DNA from: Candidatus Bathyarchaeota archaeon | GTDB taxonomy: Archaea > Thermoproteota > Bathyarchaeia > Bathyarchaeales > Bathycorpusculaceae | NCBI GenBank assembly: GCA_963767735.1 | Contig: CAVYES010000006.1 | Location: 160,001-224,000 of the forward strand | DNA: 64,000 nucleotides | Direction of reading: 5' to 3' | Shown: positions 1 through 9,366 of the stretch, piece by piece | How positions within the stretch are numbered: position 1 is the first letter of the stretch | Layout: the number at the start of each line of letters is the position of its first letter | Program-made: the position numbers and the translations under genes | Notes under the pieces: model-generated | Seen by the model: the letters and a program-made list of their open reading frames with translations, nothing else | Told to the model about the DNA's origin: nothing | Database searches by the model: none

Positions 1-269
1 ACCTATCTGCTGTTCAGATAACTTCTACTTCCAAGCAATCAAAAGCACTAAAAGCATTTCCTCTCTCTGACCCGTTGACCCAAAATATTGTGGAATATTT
101 GAATTATCTTCGATTCTATAGTTCAAAGCCCAAGTTTTGGTTGCCCTCTGGCAAGAACGTTTTCGGATATTACATTATTATGCCCGAACGCCATCTCAGT
201 GACAGAGCAGTCTTCAACATAGTTAGATGTGCGAGCGAAACGTTATGGCCACATCTGTTTCGAGAGACA

Positions 270-460
270 ATGGCTAGCGACATAGTTAAGCAAGATAACA
301 GCAAAATAGCAGCATTCAAAGTGCAAAAAGGCTAGACTTGGAAGATATGCGAACCGGATTCAATTACCTTCAACGATTCGCTACAGATATTATTAAGCGA
401 GAGGAAGAACAGAATACAGTGCGTAACCAGAACGCTATTTTTGATCGGATTTGGGGCTAA
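270..460 (+). CDS. possible small hypothetical protein, frameshifted
   Basis: ATG at 270 gives MASDIVKQDNSKIAAF; a shifted frame continues QSAKRLDLEDMRTGFNYLQRFATDIIKREEEQNTVRNQNAIFDRIWG to TAA at 458-460. No recognised motif. Confidence 0.25.
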
Positions 461-719
461 GTATTATTGTAGTCTCTGAACTATTGTTCGGGTAATATAC
501 GCGTAAACCGGTGACGTCAACAATTGTGCTGCTGAAACCAAACCAGAAGTGGAATACCAAGTCTTATTCATATAACTCAACTCACCCACGTATTTAAAAC
601 CAGAATAATCTTTAGCTTCAGCAATTAGTCTTAGCGCTTGCGCAAAATAACGGCGCCCGCTGTACTTGCGAAAACGTTTTACACTAGCAGTCTTTAAACT
701 ATAACAGAGATGCCAAAAA

Positions 720-1235
720 ATGAAAGCATACATGGGTTTAAATTGCAAACCAGGAGCGTACAATGAAGTCCTGAAAAAGCTTATTTTCGGCCTCAGCATT
801 GACCAGCAAAACTTGTTTCTGCTCTTCGGCCCTGTTGATGTACTCATCAGGTTTACCAATTTGGCAAGTGTCGAGGAGTTCCTGAATGAATGGGTTACTC
901 CCATCAGAATGATAGGTGCGGAAAATGACTTGATTACTAAAACTATGAGTCTCATAGTTGCTGCTGAGGGACCAACGCCTGCCGAAAGACCATATGCCTT
1001 CCTGTTCTTGAACACCAAACCACAAAGCGCAGAAGACGTCAGGAAAAAATTGCTCACCCTACCGGAAGTATTATCTGCTGATATGGTGCTCGGGCCCTTT
1101 GACGTGATATGCTCAATAAAAGCAGAAGATCATGAGGACCTTGAAACGTCCGTCCTTCTAATACAACAGATTGCGGGATTAGAAAGCTCAGTTACTGCCA
1201 TAGTCTCACCCATAAGGGTTCTGCCAGACTGGTAA
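720..1235 (+). CDS. Lrp/AsnC ligand-binding (RAM) domain protein with two tandem domains and no HTH
   Basis: Two copies of the RAM pattern: KAYMGLNCKPG...LLFGPVDVLIRF and YAFLFLNTKPQ...MVLGPFDVICSIKAED...IQQIAGLESSVT. Confidence 0.75.
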   Translation: MKAYMGLNCKPGAYNEVLKKLIFGLSIDQQNLFLLFGPVDVLIRFTNLASVEEFLNEWVTPIRMIGAENDLITKTMSLIVAAEGPTPAERPYAFLFLNTKPQSAEDVRKKLLTLPEVLSADMVLGPFDVICSIKAEDHEDLETSVLLIQQIAGLESSVTAIVSPIRVLPDW

Positions 1236-1352
1236 TACCCTAACTTCGAAAGCTACTCTCTTTTCGGAAAACAAAGTCAGCATGACTTAACCAGCCCACG
1301 CTTTCCCCAAACTACTCAGATGCATAATATCTGAACAAGCCAGCGCGCTTCC

Positions 1353-1382
1353 CTATTTCCTATAATTAATTTTAGGAAATAG
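1353..1382. promoter_or_regulatory. 30-bp near-perfect palindrome
   Basis: CTATTTCCTA-TAATTAATTT-TAGGAAATAG, one mismatch, intergenic. Function inferred. Confidence 0.4.
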
Positions 1383-1613
1383 AATGATGGGTTAAGAGAA
1401 AAATAACCTCAATTTTTTCTTATTTTGATTCTCTATTAATTAAGTTATAGTAAGAAAACTGTGATTCTTGTGACTCTTGTTCTGGTTTGCCTTTTTTCCT
1501 TTTTAGGAAAAATTTCCCGCGCACGCGTTGAATTTAACTGAGATGAAATCTGTTGTCAAAATTCATAATTCATAAAAAGCAAATGCTAACCATTATTTTC
1601 TGGTGGATTAAGA

Positions 1614-2177
1614 ATGTTCGGAAAAAGTAAACGGCAAATAAAAAATGTGACATTTGTTCAACCACTCAAAGGCGAGGTATATTTCTACACTCCGATAGCA
1701 TACGCTACTAGTTTGCAGGATTCTAATGAAAAAGAAAGAAAGCAGGTTTTCAATGATTCTGATTTGGCACTCGCAGGTAAGCTGAAGCTGATTTTTGAAC
1801 GAGAAAAAATGACTTGGTTTGAAATCAGAGAAGAGAAATCAACAACACCATCAAAAATAGAACGCTGGTTTGCACTGTATTATTACCCTCATCGTTTAGT
1901 TGCGGGTCGAGCTTACTCATCCGAGGAAAAGGCTACATTGGAGGATATCGATAAACTGTTTGATTTCATTGTGACCAAAGACCAGACCAGACTTGCAGAG
2001 ATTCAGCAATCGCAATCGCTGACAGCATATGGGTCTGTCGCAGAACAGCAATCGCAATTGCCGTCAGCAGATGCGTCCGTTGCAGAACCGCAATCGTTGT
2101 CAGCATATGTATCAGTGGCAGGCGAGTCACGCGAAGAATCGCAAGATACTAATATGGTAGCAAGCGCCGAGCGCTAG
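1614..2177 (+). CDS. hypothetical protein with repetitive Q/S/A-rich C-terminal tail
   Basis: 187-aa ORF with a plausible globular N-terminal part; no family recognised. Confidence 0.6.
   Translation: MFGKSKRQIKNVTFVQPLKGEVYFYTPIAYATSLQDSNEKERKQVFNDSDLALAGKLKLIFEREKMTWFEIREEKSTTPSKIERWFALYYYPHRLVAGRAYSSEEKATLEDIDKLFDFIVTKDQTRLAEIQQSQSLTAYGSVAEQQSQLPSADASVAEPQSLSAYVSVAGESREESQDTNMVASAER
2004..2125 (+). repeat. degenerate 42-bp in-frame tandem repeat, about 3 copies
   Basis: Units start at 2004, 2046 and 2088 (cagcaatcgcaatcgctgacagcatatgggtctgtcgcagaa and variants). They encode QQSQSLTAYGSVAE / QQSQLPSADASVAE / PQSLSAYVSVAGE. Confidence 0.8.
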
Positions 2178-2583
2178 CCTGTTACCAAATTATGAAAGTT
2201 GAGCTCGTGCCGATTTGAATTTTCATGGTCCGTAGCTCCTAAACTTCCGGTCACCTCTAATATGCCTTTGCTGACTTTACTCTGACTCTTCATATAAGGA
2301 ATAACTAGTGCTTCAACAACCGCAACCCTAACCCTAACTTTCTCAAGCATAGTAGACATCACAAACTTCAGCGCCCAAATATTGCATAACATGCACAAAT
2401 TTGGTTAAAAAAACTGTCGATTTCCTAAAACTGTGTCGGTGTGGTATCTTTAAGCGACCAAAAGCCCATTCGAAGATTATTTTAATATTACAAATAGGAT
2501 GATATTTAGGAATTGTCTCCGGCTTTTCTCCAGTTTTCTGAGTTTTTATAAGTTATTTTGGGGCCTTCCTACCAGATTGCATC

Positions 2584-2745
2584 CTAGATCTTTAGGAAAT
2601 CGCGCTCGCTCCTTAGTTTTTCAAGTTTCTTTTCGCTATTATGAAGTTCATCGGTCATGTTCTCAATTTCTCTCTTCAATCGAACGATTTGTCTTTCTTC
2701 GCATATCACGGTATCGCTCGTTAGCGCTATTTTCATCATACTCAT
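2584..2745 (-). CDS. small coiled-coil protein, 53 aa, not in ORF track
   Basis: MSMMKIALTSDTVICEERQIVRLKREIENMTDELHNSEKKLEKLRSERDFLKI, hydrophobic heptads. Confidence 0.45.
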   Translation of the reverse strand: MSMMKIALTSDTVICEERQIVRLKREIENMTDELHNSEKKLEKLRSERDFLKI

Positions 2746-2919
2746 TTTTCTGCTACCGATGCATTCTATTAAATCGTAAGTTATACTTCATTAATAAACA
2801 ATGTGCGTCTTTCACTATCGTTGCACAATTGTTCAACAAAACAACAGCCTTGTTTAATCGTTAAATTTGGGTTTGAGATTTGCGCACGCCCAGCTTTCAT
2901 GGTAATAAGTTCGTTAAAA

Positions 2920-3285
2920 TTATGTACTCGTTTTTCCGAGCATGCATTCAATAATATCTCTGCAAACGATGCATTCGTCAGGAATTTGTTCTTTATGCTT
3001 TTGTTCGCTTAAGTGGCCGAGGTGGTAGTTGCAGGAGGGTGGTATTTCTTTATTTCTATTTGGCTTGTCTTCAGGACGAATTTTTTCAACGTATACTTTT
3101 TCGGGCTTATTGTGAGTCTCTATTTGGGCTTCAGTTATTTTTGTTAAACAATATGGGCAGGCGACATATGGCTCTGCCGAATCTTGATTTACATTTGAGA
3201 CCTTAAGTGGCGTATTGAAAACTTTCTTACATGAAGGATTCGGGCATGTAAACGTTCTTTTTCCCTCTATTTCCTTTTTAACCAA
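2920..3285 (-). CDS. small Cys/His-rich zinc-binding protein
   Basis: CPNPSC...CPYC ribbon plus a C-terminal CNYHLGHL...CIVC...IEC cluster. Confidence 0.7.
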   Translation of the reverse strand: MVKKEIEGKRTFTCPNPSCKKVFNTPLKVSNVNQDSAEPYVACPYCLTKITEAQIETHNKPEKVYVEKIRPEDKPNRNKEIPPSCNYHLGHLSEQKHKEQIPDECIVCRDIIECMLGKTST

Positions 3286-3409
3286 CGATAGACTGCTCTT
3301 CTTTATGGTGTTTACTGGTTTATAGCCTTCATGAATCTGAAATAAAGATGCTAACTATTCGACATTGCACTCTTTGGCTGGCAAGGTGGCAGGGGATCTA
3401 AATATTTAC

Positions 3410-3435
3410 AATATTGTGTATTGAATCACAATATT
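3410..3435. promoter_or_regulatory. inverted repeat between divergent genes
   Basis: AATATTGTG-(8 nt)-CACAATATT. Confidence 0.35.
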
Positions 3436-3493
3436 TAATAAGTAAACGACTGAAACGTATTTATTAAACCCAGAGAAGAGCCAGAAGAGCAAA

Positions 3494-3622
3494 ATGAATT
3501 ATAGACAATTAAGTAAAAGTGCAAAAGCCCTAAGCCCCGTAATTGCATCAATCATGCTTATCGCTTTCAATATCGCAGACATCGCTGTAGCGCACTCTTT
3601 GAGAGGCATAAAAAAATGGTAA
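3494..3622 (+). pseudogene. truncated archaeal type IV pilin/archaellin-like N-terminus (class III signal peptide)
   Basis: MNYRQLSKSAKA/LSPVIASIMLIAFNIADIAVAHSLRGIKKW*. KA/LSPVIA-x-I-x-LIA matches the archaeal prepilin cleavage motif, but the ORF ends after 42 aa. Confidence 0.6.
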
Positions 3623-4044
3623 TCCAATTAAAAGAATATAATTCAGCACAGTCAATAGCTCAAGACCTCGATAAGGATTTATCCGAAACTAAAAGCTTGC
3701 TTGGCGAGTATCTGCGTCGTTTAGACGAAATCCGCACTTTGGCGGAAAAATCAAAAAAAGTCCGCGAAGTTATAATGAAACTTGCAGGAAAAAAAACCAG
3801 CGCCTCAGATATCCCAGGCGAAATAACGGTGGGCACTCTAAACATAATCTTAGACGCTAATGCGTTCCATGAGTTAACAGCCATAGAAGCCGTCGTGCGG
3901 AGCCATCAAGAACGTCTGTTAGATTTACAGAAAGCGCGAGACGCATTGAAGTGGTTAGATCAACTCGGCGACACCGAAGGCCTCAAGTATTTAGTGCTGG
4001 AAAGCGAGGGCATCCCTCAGCGTATCCTATTCAAAATATCCTAA
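3616..4044 (+). CDS. hypothetical coiled-coil protein
   Basis: 142-aa ORF with long amphipathic helices; overlaps the pilin-stub stop codon. Confidence 0.7.
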   Translation: MVIQLKEYNSAQSIAQDLDKDLSETKSLLGEYLRRLDEIRTLAEKSKKVREVIMKLAGKKTSASDIPGEITVGTLNIILDANAFHELTAIEAVVRSHQERLLDLQKARDALKWLDQLGDTEGLKYLVLESEGIPQRILFKIS

Positions 4045-4135
4045 ATGCGAGACCTAATTTGAGGCACAACAAACAAGTTAGACCCAAAAGCTTACTAGAT
4101 ATAATACGATTCTCGCTGAGAACTGAACCATAGAA

Positions 4136-4746
4136 TTGTTGAAGAAGTTAGAAGCTTTCAACACTTTTTTTCTGAGGCGTAAAGGCACAAATAAAATTCC
4201 GCCAGAAAATATCCATGACGAATCACCACTGATAAGAAACATGCGTATACCCAGGCCCATTGCATTATCAACTACGGCAATCTACACAATAATTCATAAG
4301 TTGTACCAACAAGCCGGATTAATTTCTCAAGGCGAATTGCTTGGAAGACGATATGACATCTGCGTACACAGCGTACGGAAATACTTTAAAACTCAGCTTA
4401 TGGCGACAAACGTTCAGGCAGATTACATCGAATATATGATGAGCCATACAATAAGCACACCACGACATCGAGATGAAAGGAGTAGAGTTCTTACGCGGAA
4501 TATACGCAGCTTCAGGCTTAAGCATTAAACCTAAAACACGGCTCAACAAAATCGACGCCTTCAAAGAAATCATACGCGCATGGGGACTAAACCCCGATGA
4601 AATCTTAACAAGAGAAGCTTTGACTAAACCAAACGCAACATGGACAGGAACAATTTGAAAATTACCAAATACGTCAACTTAGCATCGCTCTAAAACAGCG
4701 AATGCTGAGAGAAATCCGAGAGGAAAAACATGAAGCAGAACCATAA
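4136..4746 (+). pseudogene. decayed tyrosine recombinase/integrase (C-terminal part)
   Basis: HSVRKYF (H-x-x-R) and IEYMMSH (MGH-like). A frameshift falls at the expected catalytic Tyr (TIST-[Y]-HDIEMKG). The N-terminus is missing and the tail continues in shifted frames. Confidence 0.75.
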
Positions 4747-4945
4747 AAAGTATACTTTACTATCCAGAGCTGCTTTACTTTACAGTAAACCACGTTGTAT
4801 TTAGAGCTTAAGTTAAGAAGATTGACAAAACAGCGAGTTTCCACGCTTTTTGTAATATTTGGCTGTTGAGCTGAGCTGTTATTTACAGAAGACAGCGCGT
4901 AAGAATTGGGGAATATGCTCTAAATGGGCGTGAACTTTGGATTAG

Positions 4946-5194
4946 TTATTTCATTTTGTTAATTGCGTGAAGAGTTTTTTCCGCGGTTGATGCACTGAAA
5001 AGTAAATCATCAATGGTGGCGGTGAAAGTGGCCATTTTACCTTCACATTCAATTTTGGTTACTACTTTCTTATGTGCTCGGGTTGTTTTAATTTTTAGTC
5101 CAATTGGCGTTTTGAAGTTGTCGGGTGAAACCGCATTGGCCACTGCCTCCGCAGATCTCTCGTCAGCATACTCAAGCGTTATGGTCGCTTCCAA
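4946..5194 (-). CDS. pcc1: KEOPS complex subunit Pcc1
   Basis: AVANAVSPDN motif, size, and position after rps15 and the DHH gene. Confidence 0.85.
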   Translation of the reverse strand: MEATITLEYADERSAEAVANAVSPDNFKTPIGLKIKTTRAHKKVVTKIECEGKMATFTATIDDLLFSASTAEKTLHAINKMK

Positions 5195-6644
5195 CTTTCT
5201 CGCCTCTCAACTGTTTGCCGATCAATTCATCCACATTTTTAACGAACGCGTCAATCTTGTCTAAAGGTACTTGGGCACCTGCCGCAATATTGTGTCCTCC
5301 GCCTTTGCCACCCAGCGCTTCAGATGCTAACCGCATAACTTCGCCAAGGTTGACGCCTTTGCGGATTGCTGCTTCGGTTGTTCTTGCAGAAAATTTAGCT
5401 GCTTGCTCTTTTTCAACATTGGCAAACGCGATGAGTGGTTTTTCGTTGTTGGCGAGCCCTGAGACGATTATTGAGGAGACGGTGCCGACGATTTTTTCGT
5501 TGATGAAGTTCTCTCCGTAGATGACATAGATGTTTTGGAGTTCTCGCATGCGTTCAGGTTTCTCCATTACCCAGCCGAGATACTTGTTTATGTTCTTGCG
5601 GTAATCTTCCAATATCTTGTTAGATTCTTCAAGTGCTGCTCCACGGTCTCCCATGCAGATCGCGATGCCGAGGCTTGGCCGATCCATACGCCCCGCCGAG
5701 TTCAATACTACAGCGAATTCCCGTGCATCCCGCAGTGCCGTGTTAGGCTCTTCTTTAGTTAAAATGTAAATGTACCCGATGAGGTTCTCAACTTCCAAAT
5801 GTAGACCTTTAGATAATAAGTGGTCTGCTAAAGCAGAGCACAGCCGTCTTTTTTCGTCTTCGGTTAGGTCGCGAAGTGCCCGCCATTTTTCGCCTTGCTT
5901 GATGGGTATGTCTAGGCTTGCAAGGAAGGCTAAGGCTTTGTCTTCTTCTCCGCTTAAGCCTGGAATAAACGGGTTTGTCGTAGTCGCCAATGTCCTGTGA
6001 ATTGGCCTTGTTTCTCTGCCGAAAAATGTTAAGTCCTTCTCAACTTTAAGCAAGCCAGCTGCAACGGCGTCGTCAACTATTATCTCGTTTAAGCAGCATA
6101 GGCTTCTCTGCTCATACTTGTCCTGCATATCGCCCAAAGCGCCAACCAACGCGACAGGCGCCAAATCCACATTCGCCCGATTCACGGCTTTAGCCACAAA
6201 GTAAGCAACACCTGAACCACTAACATCAGTTGCGCCGTCGATGCCGAACAGATGAGGATTTACTTGCACAAAATTCGGATTAGCCGCGGTGCCGTTCAGC
6301 TGGTGGTGATCAAGAATCAAAACCTTAAAATTCGGTATTTTCATGTTCAACAGGTCAAGGGAGCCGCTTCCAAAATCTGTGAAGATCACCAGTTGCGGCT
6401 TATCAGCAACGATTTCGCCGATAATTTTCTCGTCAAGCTGCTGAGTGATCCTAATCCGAAACTTGGCATCAAGGCGATAGAGAGCTTTTCCTATTACGCC
6501 TGCGGCGGCGACCCCATCGGCATCCAAATGCGAAAAACAGTGAATAAAGCCGTCTTTCTGGACAGTTTCCAAAATTACTTTTGATGCTTCTGCCGCCGAA
6601 GCTAAGAAGCGCTCTATAGATGCTTGCTGTGCAGCCATGCTCAA
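5172..6644 (-). CDS. DHH-family phosphoesterase, RecJ/GAN (Cdc45-like)
   Basis: HLDADG, DFG, DHH and GGGH motifs; conserved rps15-DHH-pcc1 context. Confidence 0.9.
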   Translation of the reverse strand: MSMAAQQASIERFLASAAEASKVILETVQKDGFIHCFSHLDADGVAAAGVIGKALYRLDAKFRIRITQQLDEKIIGEIVADKPQLVIFTDFGSGSLDLLNMKIPNFKVLILDHHQLNGTAANPNFVQVNPHLFGIDGATDVSGSGVAYFVAKAVNRANVDLAPVALVGALGDMQDKYEQRSLCCLNEIIVDDAVAAGLLKVEKDLTFFGRETRPIHRTLATTTNPFIPGLSGEEDKALAFLASLDIPIKQGEKWRALRDLTEDEKRRLCSALADHLLSKGLHLEVENLIGYIYILTKEEPNTALRDAREFAVVLNSAGRMDRPSLGIAICMGDRGAALEESNKILEDYRKNINKYLGWVMEKPERMRELQNIYVIYGENFINEKIVGTVSSIIVSGLANNEKPLIAFANVEKEQAAKFSARTTEAAIRKGVNLGEVMRLASEALGGKGGGHNIAAGAQVPLDKIDAFVKNVDELIGKQLRGEKVGSDHNA

Positions 6645-6731
6645 GTCACTCTTTGGCTAAAAGGGGTTAATCGGATTTAAAGCTGGCGCATTAACTGGCA
6701 AAATGAAACCGTAAAAGAAAGAAAAGAATGT

Positions 6732-7172
6732 TTATGTTACGGAGGCGATTTTTGCTTCGTATTTCCAGTTCTTTGCCAAAACGCCTTCACGCTTATAGTA
6801 CCGCGAAAGCTTGTGAATGCGTGCTTCGATGATTTGCATGTTGCGTTTGTTGTGAAGGTCCTTTTTGTTTTTGTCCAAATGGACGGCTAGGCTTTGTGCT
6901 TTCTTCATGAGGTTTGTAAGGTCTTCTGGCAAAGATGGAGCTAAACCTGCCCCTTTGAGAACGTCGCTTATGCTTTTGCCGACTATAGGCTTCGCAAGAG
7001 GAATGGCATATTGGTCCCTAAGGACAGTGCCTATGCTGCTAAGTGAGTGGCCTTCCTTGGCCAGTTTAATTATGAACGATTCTACTTCTTCAGGCTGATA
7101 CTTGCACCAGCTTGGAGGACGCCTGCTAACTGGGCGAATCGAATGGGATTTTCCCTTTTCCTGCTTTGGCAT
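6732..7172 (-). CDS. rps15: 30S ribosomal protein S15 (uS15, archaeal S13e-like)
   Basis: GKSHSIRP, IGTVLRDQY, PEDL, IEARIHKLSRYYK. Confidence 0.97.
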   Translation of the reverse strand: MPKQEKGKSHSIRPVSRRPPSWCKYQPEEVESFIIKLAKEGHSLSSIGTVLRDQYAIPLAKPIVGKSISDVLKGAGLAPSLPEDLTNLMKKAQSLAVHLDKNKKDLHNKRNMQIIEARIHKLSRYYKREGVLAKNWKYEAKIASVT

Positions 7173-7388
7173 CTTTACACCTTAAACTGCACCTAAACCA
7201 TACCGCTCGAATATTTAAAAGTAATCCCCTACGTCATGTGTTCGTAGGCGGGGTTTGGGACAATCTTGGTTTAAAGCCTTCATTGTTTAATTTAAAACAT
7301 TGTAGTTTGTTTGTTCTCTTCGTTTCCCCAATTTGCACGCAAAAATTCGCGTTGTAAGATACTCTGTTCTGCAATTTGGACAAATCAA

Positions 7389-7790
7389 TTATGCCTGATT
7401 TGGTGGGTTAGGATGCTGTTGCAAATTTTGTCCTCTTAGGTCAGTTGCACAGTAAGGGCAGAAATTGCTTTCTGAGGAGCTGCTTTTGTTGCAGGCGGGA
7501 CAGTTTTTCGTCGCACTTGGCGAGGCTCGTGTTGGACTTGTTGTTCGTCTGTAGGTTTTGCAATTCATGTACACCTTTTTGTACAATCTTTGCTCTCTTT
7601 CACATTGAAAGCGGCATAACCAGGAAACTGGAAAAGCAAACAACAGCGTTGCTGTTAATATTAAATCTGGAGGTTGGCTAAACCAAGTCAAAGCTAACAG
7701 TACTAATATCCCCGTGGACACGTAGGATAAACCGAGCCATGCCTTGAGTAAATGATATATTGCCTGTATGCACCTAACTGCCGAATTCAT
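7389..7790 (-). CDS. membrane protein with C-terminal zinc ribbon
   Basis: Two hydrophobic segments followed by CPAC...FCPYC. Confidence 0.65.
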   Translation of the reverse strand: MNSAVRCIQAIYHLLKAWLGLSYVSTGILVLLALTWFSQPPDLILTATLLFAFPVSWLCRFQCEREQRLYKKVYMNCKTYRRTTSPTRASPSATKNCPACNKSSSSESNFCPYCATDLRGQNLQQHPNPPNQA

Positions 7791-7843
7791 CCTCTACGTC
7801 TCCTGTTAAGGTACTTTTTTTTTCCGCAGCAAATCGCAATTGC

Positions 7844-8056
7844 TTACGCCTCAGGTTTATGAATAAATATGAACACACCCAAAATTATTGATCCAAATCC
7901 TAAAATAATAAACATTATTGGTGCAAGCCCACCATTCATCGAATAGACGTTATCAACTAATCCCCATATAGCCGATGAACTGAGCAGTAATCCAATTAGA
8001 ATAATCGCGATTCCACCGAGTAAATTATCCGTGCGTTCTTCCTTTTCATTTGACAT
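7844..8056 (-). CDS. small two-TM membrane protein
   Basis: Two clear hydrophobic helices in 70 aa. Confidence 0.6.
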   Translation of the reverse strand: MSNEKEERTDNLLGGIAIILIGLLLSSSAIWGLVDNVYSMNGGLAPIMFIILGFGSIILGVFIFIHKPEA

Positions 8057-8096
8057 TCGGCAAGGAACTTCTTTCCATTATATTGTGTACGCTAAA

Positions 8097-8729
8097 TTAG
8101 ATTACAGTTTCCCTATTAAGAGCTTGTTTGTACCATTCAGCAAATTTCTTTATCGCCATCGCCCTGTGCGAGTAACCATTCTTTTCTTCAATAGTCATTT
8201 CTGCAAAAGATTTCCCGCTGCCATTCGGCTGGAAAATCGGGTCAAAGCCGAAGACTGATTTTCCTTTCTGCTTGCGTTCGGTTAAGGCTATTTCGCCACT
8301 GGATTCGCCGTCGAAACATTCTGGTTCGCAAAGAGTTTCGTCGCAGTAAGCTATAACTGACTGGAATTTCGCTCGCCTATTCGCCACGTTCTCCATCAAT
8401 CTCAGTATTCCATCGTTGTGAATCGTCTTGTAAACGTAAGCAGCATAAGGACCCGGAAACCTGCTCAAAGAATCAATAAACAAGCCTGCGTCCTCTACGA
8501 AAATTGGCAGATGACTTCGCCTCAACGCGTTTATGGCGCTTTTTTTGGCTATTTCTTTTAAGCTGTCACTTTGTATCTCGTCTCCCTTTACGCGCAGCAT
8601 AGCAACGGTTAAGCCGTAACTGCTCAGGATGCTTCGGGCTTCATTGAACTTGTTGATGTTACCAGTGGCAAAAAAGACGACCTTGCCTTTGAGGTTGCAG
8701 GATTGATTATTGTTTTCTTTCTTCGACAT
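8097..8729 (-). CDS. rdgB: non-canonical purine NTP (XTP/dITP) pyrophosphatase
   Basis: FATGNINK, EDAGL, FPGPY, FGFDPIF and SHR motifs. Confidence 0.95.
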   Translation of the reverse strand: MSKKENNNQSCNLKGKVVFFATGNINKFNEARSILSSYGLTVAMLRVKGDEIQSDSLKEIAKKSAINALRRSHLPIFVEDAGLFIDSLSRFPGPYAAYVYKTIHNDGILRLMENVANRRAKFQSVIAYCDETLCEPECFDGESSGEIALTERKQKGKSVFGFDPIFQPNGSGKSFAEMTIEEKNGYSHRAMAIKKFAEWYKQALNRETVI

Positions 8730-9366
8730 AGCGGCCACGCCTCTCTATCTCCTTTATTTTCTCATAAACCTTTTCCGCAGTTTCCGACCCCAGAACCAAC
8801 GAATAGCCGCACTGCACATCTTTGAAGCATTCTTCCCAAAACCGGTAATGTGTACTCTGCAGCGCCCGCTTCATCAAATGCAAATCCACACCCTCCTCCT
8901 CTAACTCGCTGTTTTTTTCGCCTAAGCCGAAGTCAACAAAAAAGATTTTGCGTTCTGGGCTTAGAATCATGTTTGATGTTGTGAGGTCGCCGTGGATTAA
9001 GCCTTGCTTGTGAAGTTTCCCGATTAACTCGCCGATTGAGATGCATAATTCTCTGCGTTGGTTTTGTGGAACCTTGTTCAGTAACTGCTTAATCTGCTGC
9101 CCTTCCACAAACTCCATTATAATCGAAGCTTGGGGAACATTAATCAGGTATATCAGCGGAGTCGGCACTCCGGCTGCTTTTGCTTCATGCATCAACTGCG
9201 GTTCATGTACTGTGCGGTAACTTCGAATCTGCTTATCCAACGGCTCTGGTCGATACTTTTTCGGGATTCGCACCTTGATAACCACTTTTCTTCCATGCCA
9301 CTCGGCAAGGTAGAGGCTGGCCTCCGCGCCCTTCTTAAACAGCGTTAGCTCGGCTACTGTATCCAT
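8707..9366 (-). CDS. bud32: KEOPS kinase Bud32
   Basis: KGAEA, HGDLTTSN, DFGL, IERRGRY. Confidence 0.95.
   Translation of the reverse strand: MDTVAELTLFKKGAEASLYLAEWHGRKVVIKVRIPKKYRPEPLDKQIRSYRTVHEPQLMHEAKAAGVPTPLIYLINVPQASIIMEFVEGQQIKQLLNKVPQNQRRELCISIGELIGKLHKQGLIHGDLTTSNMILSPERKIFFVDFGLGEKNSELEEEGVDLHLMKRALQSTHYRFWEECFKDVQCGYSLVLGSETAEKVYEKIKEIERRGRYVEERKQ

Noticed and set aside
464-1057. 197-aa minus-strand ORF and the many similar antisense ORFs in the track
   Set aside because: Shadows of recognised genes on the opposite strand, with no motifs.
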